DNA of 64,000 bases, from the NCBI RefSeq assembly GCF_009914755.1, contig NC_060927.1; one strand, given 5' to 3'. The stretch is from the human T2T-CHM13v2.0 reference genome, Homo sapiens. A program made the translations under genes and the position numbers. The notes below the pieces were generated by a model. That model ran no database searches. It saw only the letters and a list, made by a program, of their open reading frames with translations, and was not told the origin of the DNA. Below are positions 29,653 to 44,532 of the stretch, one piece after another (within the stretch, counting starts at the first letter, position 1; every line of letters begins with the position of its first letter).

Positions 29653-31257
29653 CTATGTTGAAATCATTCCCAAGTGACCTGGAATCAATCTAAGAGTTAA
29701 GACATAAACACTTTTGAAGGGGAAGTAGGCAACAATTTATTTTTCCTGCCTTGTGATATATGCTGAAGGTAAATAATATAGAATAGAAAAAGTACGTTTG
29801 AGACCAAAGTTTATTCAGTTTGGTTGTGGTTTGTGTGAGCAATTCTAAGAGAGGAGGTATATAGTCATCAGTGAGTAAAAGTACATTTTTCTTGACCTAA
29901 ATGAAAATACATCCTCATGGAAAATCTGAAAAGTATAGAAAGTTTGGTAGCAGAAATAATACAACCCATTATTTTGATGTATTTTGTTTCAGATGTCCAC
30001 ATGTGGATTTTTATTTTCCAAAATTCGGACCACACTTTATGGTTAATTATTCAATGCTTTTCTGCAACATATACCATGAACGTTTTCCTGGTCTTTAGAT
30101 ATTCACTAAAGCATGACTTTAGAGTCTGCAAAATATTGCACCCTATGAACATACAAAGCATATTTCTCACATAAATCTTTAACAACATTTTCAAATTATT
30201 ACCTTAGACTCTTTGTGTACATGAAATGACTAGTTTGTATAGCATGACCTTTTTAAAACCTCCTATTTCCAATTTGTTTTCCTAGAAGAATGAAATTTTA
30301 TTTTCAAAAGAGAACATTATGAATGGGCTAAAATTTTTCATTTGAGAAAAAAAGCCTAGGTTAATTTTAAAAATATTAAAACAACTGTGTGCTACCATAG
30401 AATTTTTTTAGTTTTGATAAAAGTGAATTCAAACTTGGACAAGAGAAACATTAAAGCCTTATCTCCAAGCAGCTGCCTTTCTGGGTAGACATGAATTAAA
30501 CTCACTAGAAGTTTCAGCCAGATTTCTTCCTGAATGGTTCAGACAGTTGCAAACACCAGACTATAGGCTCGCTTTTGTTTAGTGCATCTTCCAACAGGCA
30601 GTCATTTGTTCATGTCACTCAGAAAAATAAAATTTTTAGCATTTGCTGAACATACACATATTCAAATAAACATTTAAATATTCCCCTACTTCTATATAAA
30701 GAAAGAAAAACCCAGGCAAATTTTAAATGAGCCATATTTTGTTGATTAATTTTTAGCCCAATTATAATGCAATGAGAAAAATTAATTTTACTAAATTTTG
30801 ATTCTGTAGAAAAGTAATAGCTGTTTAGCACTCCCTTATTCAAAGAACAAATTTAGTATTTCTTGAAATACTTTTCTTCATTGTAGTCAAATCACATCTA
30901 CATATCTAAAGGAAAAGTTGACTGGTTTTCCTAAGTAAGTATATATTAATAGGAACAAGAATTTTAGTCTCCATACTTTAACCATACTCTAAGCTGTAAA
31001 TGTCCAGTGAGTTTGGAGCTGTAAGCAAAAGGACCTCCTTTTGAAATGCCTGTTTTAAAACATCAAATGGTATGAAATCCTTTAACCTCATGCAGTTACA
31101 TTTATTATGAAATATTTCAAACATACTGCAAAGGTATAACGAATACTTTGGAATAATCTGGTTTTTGAGGTAGGAGTTAGAAAATGTTCCATGGGTAACT
31201 CATTTGTGCATTTTAGAACTACTTGAAACTCTGTACCTTCAAATAAAAAGTAGAGTG

Positions 31258-31441
31258 GGGTGGAAGTAGGGAGAGCATTAGGAAAAATGGCTAATGCATA
31301 CTGGACTTAATACCTAGGTGATGGGTTGATACGTGTAGCAAACCACCATGGCACATGTTCACCTATGTAACAAACCTGCACATCCTGCACATGTACCCCG
31401 GAACTTAAAAAAAAAAAAGAAAGATTTTGTGAGGTGGAAAA
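31258..31441 (+). mobile_element. Very short 5'-truncated L1PA 3' end with TSD
   Basis: GAGAGCATTAGGAAAAATGGCTAATGC...CATGTACCCCGGAACTTAAAA; TSD AAAAAGTAGAGTG at 31245-31257 and 31442-31454. Confidence 0.85.
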
Positions 31442-31789
31442 AAAAAGTAGAGTGATACGTATGCCAAATTTTGAATTACTAATTTTAAAGTAATTTTGTT
31501 CTTCATAATCTGATTTTGGAAAACAAAAAACGACTCCCTTTCTGCCTTCTAGTGTGCTAAAACATGAGCTGCTCCGTGTGTACTATTGATCTGTACACAC
31601 TGAGATTTTAAATTAAAATTAATTTATAAATTGTCACAACTTCTTTATAGTGCTTGTTGCATATAATTTTGCTAGAATAGTGATTCTCAAACTTTTAACA
31701 GGTAGGAAATCTAGGAATGGTAGTCTTAAATTTCCTTTGCCCCTCAAGACAAAAACTCATACTAAAAATCCTACAAGAATCTGGTATGT

Positions 31790-32070
31790 GGCTGGGCATG
31801 GTTGCTCACACCTGTAATCCCAGCACTTTGGGATGCTGAAACGGGCAGAGCCCAGGAGCTCGAGACCAGCCTGAGCAACATGGCAAAATCCTGTCTCTAC
31901 CAGAAAAAAAAAAAAAAAAATTATCCAGGCATGGTAGTGCACGCCTATAGTCCCAGCTAAGGAGGCTGAGGTGGGAGGATCAATTGAGCTTAGGAGGTCA
32001 AAGCTGCAGTGAGCCATGAACATGCCACATTGCACTCCAGCTGACAGAATGAAACTCTGTCTCAAAATAA
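31790..32070 (+). mobile_element. AluJ-like SINE
   Basis: Alu consensus with GAGGTCAAAGCTGCAGTGAGCCATGA. Confidence 0.88.
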
Positions 32071-32994
32071 TAATATGCCATGTAAGAAGCTTAAGGTTAC
32101 CACTTCACGCTAATAACAAATTAAAAACTGAACAACCTGAGAAAACAACTTTTCTTGTATATAGCAGAGAATCGAGGTCACAGGGCAAATCTCTGCCCCC
32201 ATAATTGGAGATAGGCAGATAGAGAGAATCACAACTTAACTGGTGCAGAAACCTCTTCAGGAACCAGTGCGAGGGTAGTAGGAAAACCTGACCTGTAGTT
32301 GACAAATTACTGGAGACTCAGAGTGGACAAGTGTCAGAGTTAAGAACTCCATGGTCCCCCATAATTTTGTGAGTTTTACCTCCAGGAGCTCTACCAGGTT
32401 CTCCCAGTGAATATTGGAAAAAATCTTCTCATGCTTCCAGCAGAAGAGAGGGGTGGAAAGTAACCATTAAATATGCCAGAGCATTCTGTTTTTCTTAGCA
32501 AGGCCTGCAGTCAAGAGAAACTTTTTTACCAAAGCCCAGTCTGCCTGGGGGAAGGCAAATACCCAACTCCAGCTCCTCCAGCCATGTTATCACACTGGAG
32601 GGGAGGACTAAGGCACACTGGTGAAGTTTACAACCCAAGGCTAGGCTAAGCCAAAGACTGTGAGTTAATCTTATGACTACAGAACACTTTGCCTCCCACA
32701 ACACCTTACCACTACATTACTAAAGGTCTATTTACTGCAGTTCCCTTTACCCAGTAAATATGTACTACTTTCAACAAAATATTACGAGGCATACTAAAAG
32801 GCAAAAAAACAGTTTGAAGAAACTGAACAAGTATCCAAACCGTATTTCTAGCAAGGAATATTGGAATTATCAGACCAGGAATTTTTTTAAACTATGATTA
32901 ATGTGCCAAGGGCTTTAATGGGAAAAGCAGACAACGTGCTAGAACAGATATAAGCAGAGAAATGGAAATTGTAAAAATAAAATGCTAGAGACTA

Positions 32995-33332
<338 letters not shown>

Positions 33333-33931
33333 TTATCAGTGGACTATGAACAGCTTAGGAGAGAATCTCTGAGCTTGAGGATATGACAGTAGAAACTTCC
33401 AAAACTGAAAATCAAAGAGAAAAAAGACTGGAAAAAAAAAACCCATAATATCCAAGAACTGTGGCAAGAACTGTAGGGCAACTACGAAAGATATAACCTG
33501 TAATAGGAGTACCATAGTACAAAGGAACAGAAGCAATATTTGAAGAAGTGAAGACTAAGAATTACCCCAAATTAATGTCATACACCAAACCACAGATCTC
33601 AGAAGTTTAGAGAACACCAAGCAGAATAAATGCAAAAAAAAATTAAACCTAGGTGTGTCGTATTTAAACTGTAGAAAATCAAAGATAAAGAAGAAATCTT
33701 GAAAGAAGCTAGAGGGGGAATAAAAACCTGTAGAAGAGCAAAGAAAATAATTATATCTGACTTCTCTTCAGAGACCATGCAAGCAAGAAGAGAATGGCAT
33801 GAAATATATAAAGTGTTGAGAGGAAAAAAACCCACTGACCTAGAATTCTGTATCCTGCAAAATTATCCTTTAAAAGTCAAGAAGAAATAGACTGTCTCAG
33901 ACAAACAAAAATTTGGTGAATTTGTTGACAG

Positions 33932-34045
33932 TAGACCTGCCTTGCAAGAAATGTTAAAAGAAGTTCTTCAGAGAGAAGGAAAATCATACAAGTCAGAAAC
34001 TCTGATGTACATTAAAAAAGCAAGAGCATCAGAGAATAAGTTAAG
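33932..34045 (+). CDS. MLF1: L1 ORF1-derived alternative MLF1 exon (ATG 33951: MLKEVLQREGKSYKSETLMYIKKARASENKL-S)
   Basis: Acceptor GACAG|TAG (NAGNAG), donor AAG|GTAAA; stop-free, phase 2-2 and in frame with exons 1 and 2; from memory, the peptide matches an annotated alternative MLF1 N-terminus. Confidence 0.75.
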
Positions 34046-35772
34046 GTAAAATAAACACGTTTATTTTTCTTATTCTTAATGGATCTGATAGATAACAGTT
34101 TGTTCAAATAATAATAGGCACACACACATTTAATGGATTGAATGCCAATCTACCTCTTATATTCTTCTCCTTCCCTTTCCCCCAAGTGTATATCCCGGCC
34201 TTAAGTCTGCTCAGTAATTTCCAGCAGCAAAATGTTCTTTTCTCCTTTGTGTTGCTAATTTAAAGCAGTAGTTGAAAATGACTGTATATGACGGGAAGAA
34301 TTTAATTTGCAGTCACTCCACTCTTCCCCTCACTTTCTTTTTGGATGATAGATTATTGCCCCCAGGTGCTATTTTGCTGTAGGGAATCTCAGAAATAAAG
34401 GAACCAACAGAAAGGATAATGTGAGGACACAGGGATCTGCAGGTCAAGGAGAGAAGAGGCCTCAAGAGAAATGAACTTTGCTGACATGTTGATCTCAGAC
34501 TTCCAGCCTCCAGAACTGTGAGACAGTAAATGTTGTTTAAAAAAGAAATAAAGGGAAAGAAAGAAAGGGAAGAACAAGAAAATCAGCTAGAGAAGCTAAT
34601 TTAATAGAAAAAAGGTATGTCTATTCGCTCTTATAATTAAAGAGTTTGGGAAGCATGTAAAAACAGGAAAGCTACTTAAAAAACAAATAAAAGGGCAGTG
34701 CAAGGTCTGAGAGACAGAGATGGGAAATGGAAGTCTCAGATATTGAACCAAACTGTAGGACCAAGTACACATAAAACTACTCCCCCCTAATTCAATTCCG
34801 TGGAAGTAACTTTACTTTTATTCATTTCCTGACATTCATTAATTTATTTTATTCTAAATATATTATTTCAAACATTTGATAAAAACTGACATCATGAAAG
34901 AGAGAAGCTATGCTAACCAAACAGAAGAACCAACACTTAAGGAATCAAAAGTTAATGAAACAAAGAAGATTCTAGAAAATAGTGTAACTAAAATCTTGAG
35001 GAGACTTTCATTTCTACTGTGACCAACAGAGCTCCAACTGGACCAACTCTCTTGCAGATAACTTTATAAGCCCAGGATGAAATACAAAAACAACTTACTG
35101 GAAAAGATGCTAGAGAATGACCAAAAGCAGATATATGCTGGAGAGGTCTCAACAGTTGAACAAAAGGAAAGACAATTCTAGCCTAATTGTCTTACATGTA
35201 GAGTGACTAAAACTGTTCGAAGACCTTTAAAGTCTTTTTGACCTAACAACCAAAGACAGAGTTCAGTATAGCCACAGTCACTGGAAAGGGAGGGAGAGAA
35301 GTCCCCAAAAGGAGAGAGCCAGAGAAGAGTGAGCACCAAATACTGTGAATAAATTCTGTACAAATCTGTCTAAGGCTTAACCACGTATGCATAAGACAGA
35401 CTCAGAGCAGTTCAGCTAAGAAGGATAAATGAACTAAATGGAGATTTGAGCTACCACGCAAGAGACAGAATTTGACCTTTAAGGCTAACCAGATTAATTA
35501 CCTATTTTTAAAAAATCAAAACTCTGGAGGAATATATCAAAATCCAGACCCTATACAACATAATATCCACAATGTACAGATGTAACCCAAAATTACTTAA
35601 CAGGAAAATGTGACCCATTCTCCAGATAAAAAAATAAGACACTGATCCTGAAAAGACACATATGTTAGAATTAAAAGACAAGAATTTTAAATCAGTTGTT
35701 ATAAATTTTGCCCAATGAAGTAAAGGAAAATATGCTTGCAAGGAATGAAAGGATATTTAATCTCCATAAAGA

Positions 35773-35773
<1 letters not shown>

Positions 35774-35812
<39 letters not shown>
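35774..35812. repeat. (GT)n microsatellite
   Basis: Long GT run. Confidence 0.95.
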
Positions 35813-35815
<3 letters not shown>

Positions 35816-35857
35816 CTTTTTTATGTATATACCCCCCCCTACCAATAGAAAGTCTAA

Positions 35858-35953
35858 CAGGGATGTCCAATCTTTTGGCTTCTCTGTACCACATTGCAAG
35901 AAGAACTGTCTTGGGCCACACGTAAAATACACTAATACTAGTGATAGCTAATG
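35858..35953 (+). mobile_element. MER30-like hAT DNA transposon fragment
   Basis: CAGGGATGTCCAATCTTTTGGCTTC...TGGGCCACACGTAAAATACACTAA. Confidence 0.65.
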
Positions 35954-36185
35954 AGCCTGAGCAACATAGTGGGACCTATCTCTACAAAAAAATACAAAAA
36001 TTAGCCAGGCACAGTGGTGCACATCTGTAGTTTCAGCTACTAGGGAGGCTGAGGTGGGAGGATCACTTGAGCCTGGGTGTTTAAGGTTGCAGTGAGCCAA
36101 GATCATGCCACTGCTCTCCATCCTGGGAGACAGAGCAAGACTCTGTCTGAAAAAAAAAAAAAAAAAAGAAAAAGAAAAAGAAAAA
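35954..36185 (+). mobile_element. 5'-truncated AluJ-like SINE
   Basis: End of left arm, right arm and A-rich tail. Confidence 0.85.
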
Positions 36186-36190
36186 TACCT

Positions 36191-36636
36191 TGCTATAGCT
36201 CAGATGTTTGACCCTCAGAATGTCATGTTGAAATCTGATCCCTAACATTGGTAGTGGGAGTTAATGAGAAGTGTTTGGGTCATGGGAGGGTGGATCCTTC
36301 ATTAATAGATTAATGCCCTCCCTGGAGGTTAGGGTGAGGTGGTAAGTGAGTTCTCACTTTATTGGTTCCCAGAGAGCTGAGAGCTGGTTGTTAAAAAGAG
36401 CCTTTCACCTCCCCACCCCTCTCTTGCTTCCACTCTTACCATGTGATCTCTGCACATACTGGTTCCCCTTTACCTTCCTCCATAAGTGGAAGCATCCTGA
36501 AGTTCTCATCAGAAGATGATGCTGGCTCCATGATTCTTGTCAGTCTGCAGAACCATGACCCAAATAAACCTCTTTTCTTTGTAAATTACCCAGCCTCAGG
36601 TATTCCTCTATAGCAACACAAAAATTGACTAAGACA
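36191..36636 (+). mobile_element. MST-family MaLR solo LTR
   Basis: TGCTATAG...CATGTTGAAATCTGATCCC...AAATAAACCTCTTTTC...GACTAAGACA; TSD-like TACCT/TATCT. Confidence 0.8.
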
Positions 36637-36972
36637 TATCTTCAGAGTTGGGAGAGGATATTTTCTTTAGAGATGTCAGAGGGTAATGCAGCCATTTAAC
36701 AAAGAACCAGAGATACAGAAATTAAATTTTTTTAGAAAAATGAGTTAAGCAGAATGTTCACAAGCAAAGAGTAAATTAGTAAGCTTGGAAATTGAGTCAA
36801 GGAATTTCTTCCAACATTCAACACAGAATCACAGAGGATAAGAAAAATATGCTTTAAAAAAAGTTTGACAAAGAAGGCAAACAGATAGAAATAAGGTAAT
36901 AGTAAATACCCAAAGAAGTAATTTAAGAACAATTTCTAGAATTAATGAAAAGCTGAAATGTTTTGGAACTCA

Positions 36973-37338
<366 letters not shown>

Positions 37339-38659
37339 CTACACTTGGACCCATGAAAGTGCAATTTTGATACATTAAAAAAATATATATAAAAAAACCA
37401 TAAAGCATCCAGAGAGTAGATTTCTTAGAAAGAATGAGAACCAGATTGTCATCTGACTTCTGTTCAGCTACACTAGATGTAGGAAGATGATGGAGCAATA
37501 TTATCAAAATACTGAGAGGAAATAATGGAGATTTATATGCCCAAGCAAGCCATGGTTTAAGTTTGAGTGTGAAATGAATTTAGACGTAAGATACTAAGGG
37601 TTTACTGTGTTCAAATTACTAGATGTTAGAATCCAGGAAGGAAATAATAAGATACAAGAAGCAGTGGTAATTCAGAAGTAAACCATCATCAACTTTTCTT
37701 GATGGAGAGAGACTGAACTAGAATGCTATCTCTTCCCCTGTTCTTTTAATGGAATTGTTTCTCACCATTTTTCCATTCCTTGGAGCTAGCACAGGACAGA
37801 TTAAAAACCCCCGACTAGCTCATACCTGAAGTTTTGAACCTGGATGACTTGGAGTATAATGGTTGTGCCTTTAGTAGAAATAGAGACATAAAGAGGAAAA
37901 GCTGATTAAGGAAAAAATGTGGAAATAAGGTTTCAAGTTACTAGAATATAAAAAGGCAAATATTTAATCATAGCTTTATCATTATTTGTAATTTATATTT
38001 TGAGTACTTTGGAAAGTATGCCAACTTCTTGGCCAATAGGACATTGAAAATTAGCTTTAGACCTTCAAAGTTCAGGGCTCTATCCCCACTACCTGGAACC
38101 GTGCCTTTTACATATGTGTTCATTAAATATTTGTTAAATAAATGAGACAGTTTGCATTAAAACAAGAAATTGAATGCAGATTCCTGATAATATTGTTGAA
38201 TAGACTGAATGCTTGCTAAAATGCAGATTAATGGGCCATGCTTGGGATATACTAAATCAAAATTCTAGGTATATGTCTCAGGAATCTGTAATTTTAATAA
38301 GTACCTCTAGTGATTTTTTAAGGATGTTCAAGTTGAAGTAGTCCTTAGAGGACAGGGAAGAGAACAGATAATGGATTAAAATTGGAGAAAGCATGTCTTT
38401 AGGGAGCAGTGCTTTTTAACATTTTAATGTCATTCATTTTTAAAAGGTGTTTGCCCATGTACTTGGGGTACGAGAAGGGACAGAGACCAGAGCGTAGGTA
38501 ACCAGCTCCAGGGCTTAGTCCTCACTGGCTGCCCCAAGGCTGAGAGTATCAACATTTTGAGACACCAGTAACCTATCTGTGACACTCAGAAGCTCTGTAA
38601 AGGGCCAGAAGGAAAAGGAACAATTAAGGAGTTTATCAGAGTTCAAAACAATGCATTGC

Positions 38660-39485
<826 letters not shown>

Positions 39486-39510
39486 TGTTATGTCAGAATA
39501 ACACATTGAT

Positions 39511-39762
<252 letters not shown>

Positions 39763-39970
39763 TCATCAGTTTTGTTGCTTTCATCTAAAGACAGGAAAAT
39801 GAACTACAAATCTACAAAAAGTTTATACGTGTGTTTCTGCATCATAAAAAACAGATATTTATAGATATTCGCAAAATTTTGAGACCACATTCAGGATGGC
39901 CTCAATTAAGACATAAGCTTCTATGGCATAAACAAACCTCATTTGAGGATGTTGTTTCTCAGACATACAG

Positions 39971-40035
39971 GTGGTCTTACTCTGCAGCAGCTGAAACTGA
40001 AGCACAAGAAGCCCTTGGAACTATCATCAGGACAT
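39971..40035 (+). other. MLF1: Candidate alternative exon in MLF1 intron 1 (65 nt, frame-shifting; acceptor uncertain)
   Basis: Several AG acceptors (39962, 39970, 39987) and consensus donor CAT|GTAAGT at 40035/40036 in non-repeat sequence. Confidence 0.45.
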
Positions 40036-40284
40036 GTAAGTCCCATGTACTAAAATACTTGGGCCAGAGAAAACCAAGTATAGTTTAAATAGGAGTTTCC
40101 CCTCCCCTAAAATCCAAAGTCACTAAGGAGGAACTTCAAGACTGCAGGCATTGGTTGCAGTGGAGATTTTTCTCTGTGTAGCAAGCACCAAGGTGAGCAG
40201 AGCCTTTAATTAAGAATAGTTAGTAATTTTGCCAAGAAATGGTAGGGGGACCATCTGATATATAGGATGGTTCAAATTCCATAA

Positions 40285-40620
<336 letters not shown>

Positions 40621-40769
40621 CTCCATAAACATTTATAATGTATACTGTGTGTCAAGCACAGAGGTTGGTAATATGAATGAATAAAGATACAGTTCCTACT
40701 CTAGAAGAACTTATACTCTAAAAGAGGAGTGAGACTTTTGTATATTTTAAAATTAAAATTAAAAAACTT

Positions 40770-41125
40770 GTATTAGTTTCCTATTGCTTCTATAACAAAT
40801 TACCACATATTTAGAGACTTAAAACAACAAATCATCTTATGGTGGAGATCAGAAGTCCAAAATGGGTTTCCCTGGGCTAAAATCAAGGTGTTGGCAGGGC
40901 TACATTCCTTCTGGAGTTTATGGGGGTGAATCTGTTTCCTTGTCTTTTCTAGCGTCTAGATACTGCTGTGTTCCTTGGCTTCTGGCCTCTTCCTCCATTT
41001 TTAAAGCCAGCAGTGTAGCATCTTCTGATTATGACACTACTATCTCCTTCTCTTAAGGACCCTTGTGATTACATTGGGCCCACTGGGATAATCCAGGATA
41101 ATCTTCCCATCTCAAAATCCTTATA
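40770..41125 (-). mobile_element. MLT1 MaLR LTR
   Basis: TGTATTAGTTTCCTATTGCT...AGGACCCTTGTGATTACATTGGGCCCAC. Confidence 0.8.
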
Positions 41126-41169
41126 CACTTTAGCAAAATGTGGTAAAAACTGAAGACCTAACAAAGATT

Positions 41170-42000
41170 CATGGTTGTGTGGCTGAATATATTCATGTTA
41201 AGAGAATGAAAAAGGCAAGTCCAAGACTGGGAAAAAATTTAAAACCTGTATCTGATAAAAGTCTGTGTCCAGAATATATAAAGAACTCTTATAACCTGAT
41301 TTTTAAAAATGGGGGAAGTATTTGAAAAGACGGTTCTATCAAAGAACATACATGAATGACAAATAATACAAAATAAAACTACAATGAGATGTTATGACCC
41401 TACCACTCAAATGGCTACAGTTAAACATTGACTATCCTATATTTCACCAAGAATGCAGTGCAACTGGAACTCTCAGTTACAGTTTTCATAAAATTTACAT
41501 ACTCTTCTAATACAAGCCATCAGTCCTTGCTCTGAGGTGTTTACTTAAGTCAAATTATGTATACACAAAGACTAGTACATAAATATTCATAGTAGCTTTA
41601 TTCATAATAGCCAAAAACTAAAAACAGTTTTGTGATTATGATACTGATATATGTATGAACTTAGCAATAAAACTGAATGAACTGAAATAGAGAACAACAT
41701 GGATGAATCAAAGAAGCATTATGCTAAGGGAAAGAAGCTAGACACAAAAGATGACATACTATGTGATTCCATTATATGAAATCTGGAGAAGACCAAACTA
41801 TAATGACAGAAAGCCTATTCATGGTAACTAGGGCTAGGAGCAGGTAATTATCTGCAAAGAGACGAGGAAGCTTTTTGGAATGATAGAAATGTTCTACATC
41901 TTAATTATGGTGGAGGTTATGACTGCACTTTTTAAAATTCATCAAACTGTACAACAAAATTGGTAAATTTCGTTGAATGTAAATTATGCCTAAACAAGGC
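41170..42000 (+). mobile_element. Old L1M 3' fragment
   Basis: GTATCTGATAAAAG...CCAGAATATATAAAGAACTC...GGATGAATC...TGTAAATTATGCC. Confidence 0.7.
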
Positions 42001-42219
42001 TGAATGAAAACATCTGTCTATACATACAAGCACAAATCCAGTTAAGCAGTTTGCTAATCTTAAACTCACACTTGGAACAATTATGCTTTTTTTAACCTCC
42101 AAGGTAATGTGTGAATAAATCTGAGCTCTTTTGGAATAGGTTTATGTATACAAATACTATGAAATTCAGAGGAAAAGCTCTTTCTACTTGGACTTACGAG
42201 CAGAAGACAGAATTTTTGA

Positions 42220-42604
<385 letters not shown>

Positions 42605-43029
42605 TGATGACATCAGAGGATTGGAATTAGAAGGGGGAAGGGTGACCTAAGAAGAATAACTGAAGTGGAGAATCTGAAAGGAGGCCAGACTATTGGAGAG
42701 GGAGTTCCACTGGGCTGCAGGAAAGCATAAGATTGCCTTGGTAAAGTGAGCTCCAATCATGGTGTACCTTAAGTTCTAGAACGAGGAATAAGGAATTGAT
42801 TAGTGGGTCAGTAACTGTCCAACTGGAACAAAGTTGGGAAACCACTGTGATAAGGTAAAAAAAAAAAATTTAGGTTCTTTAATGAGACTTGTGATGAAAG
42901 GGTAAATATCAGATTATAGTGTTGGTATTTTTATGCAATATGGGATAAATAAAGATGTTTTTTTATTATGCATTAAATGAATTATATTGGATAACAGTAA
43001 CAGGTTTTCATTAATTTTATTTATAACTA

Positions 43030-43364
43030 CAGATGCTTCTCAACTTAACGATAAGATTACATTCCAATGAACCCATCGCAAATTGAAAATATTATACATC
43101 AAAATGCATTTAATACACTTAACCTACCGAGTATCATCAGAACATACACATTAGTTTACAGTTGGGCAACATCATCTAACATAAAGCCTACTTTATTATA
43201 AAGTGTTGAATGTCTCATGTAATTTATTGAATACTATACTGAAAGTGAAAACCAGCATGGCTGTATGGATCATTGAAGTACTGTTTCTCCTGAATGTGGA
43301 GTGCTTTCATACCACAGTAAAGTCAAAAAACCTTAACTTAAACCATTGTAAGTAGGGAACCATC
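43030..43364. mobile_element. TcMar-Tigger MITE (MER47A-like)
   Basis: TA-CAGATGCTTCTCAACTTA...TAAGTAGGGAACCATCT terminal inverted repeats. Confidence 0.7.
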
Positions 43365-43543
43365 TAATAATGGATCTTTATGAGATAATTCTATTCTATT
43401 TATGAATAAAATAGAGTTCTCTTCTACTCTTCTTTTATCTAACAAACATATTAGCCCAAAATAATTATTTGTAATATTTACCTGCCTACTTACTATTTAA
43501 ACTCCAACACTGAATCTTTCATGATTATGTATATTTTCAACAG

Positions 43544-43691
43544 TGAGTCCATTCTTGCACACCGAGAAAATATGCGACAGATGATAAGAAGTTTTTCTGA
43601 ACCCTTTGGAAGAGACTTGCTCAGTATCTCTGATGGTAGAGGGAGAGCTCATAATCGTAGAGGACATAATGATGGTGAAGATTCTTTGACT
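43544..43691 (+). CDS. MLF1: MLF1 exon 2 (148 nt; SESILAHRENMRQMIRSFSEP...GEDSLT; contains the RSxSxP 14-3-3 motif)
   Basis: Acceptor CAACAG|T, donor ACT|GTAAGT; the ORF track shows the peptide. Confidence 0.98.
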
Positions 43692-44487
43692 GTAAGTTCT
43701 TTTTTTTAAGACAGTGAGAAGGCCCTGTAGGAATTTGAAGAAAAGTATTACAGAAGTATATATCTATAATGATAGGATATGACTAATATTCTTGTTCTAG
43801 AAATCACTATTATATAAAAGGGGGGACCTTTGGAAAGGTGAATCCTGAACAGTGACTTGTCAGCTATATGGAATTTCACTGTGCTACCAAAACTGTTAGG
43901 TCCATAGAAGCATATATTAGAAGCAAAACTTAAACCATTATTTTTTATATTTATGTATACATTTCTCACCTTATAACTTCCTCTGATATCTGAAATTAGA
44001 ACAGGCAAGGAAATATCCTTTCTCTCCCATACTCATTGTTTTAATACTTGAAAATAGTATCAAAAGCTACAAAGGATTGTCTTTATTGGACCAGGAAACA
44101 CTGATCTTCTATATGGTTACGTATGGACCTTCAAAGCTTAGATTAACCTTTGCTTGTATCTCAAAAGCCTTACAACTGAAATATATTTTCATATGTCTTG
44201 CCTTAGAGCAAAGCTAGAGGTTACAAACATACTCAACTAAAAATTAAAAAAAAAACAGGATATTTATATATTGTAACCATTTTCTTTTTTGCCTCTTTTA
44301 TTTCTTTTGCTTTTTCAGCCTCATGAATGATAGTTCTAAGATAACAAGCCCTCAGGGGTTTCTATAAAGATGAATCTCAGCAATTGAAATGTAGCAATTT
44401 GAAATTCAGTAAACATTTAATTGGTAAATTGAGAAACTTCTATATAATAAATGTCATAATCAAATGAATTGGATATTATTTTTCCAG

Positions 44488-44532
44488 GCAACGAGTTGTT
44501 CTCTTGTGCCTTTTGGCGATTTTGGTGGTATG
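44488..44532 (+). CDS. MLF1: MLF1 45-nt cassette exon (ATSCSLVPFGDFGGM)
   Basis: Acceptor TTTTTCCAG|G, weak donor ATG|GTTCGT, phase 0-0, stop-free; gives a 283-aa isoform. Confidence 0.85.

Noticed and set aside
37400-37600. Second degenerate L1 ORF1-like segment in intron 1 as another exonisation candidate
   Set aside because: Heavily decayed, and I found no convincing donor in frame with exon 2
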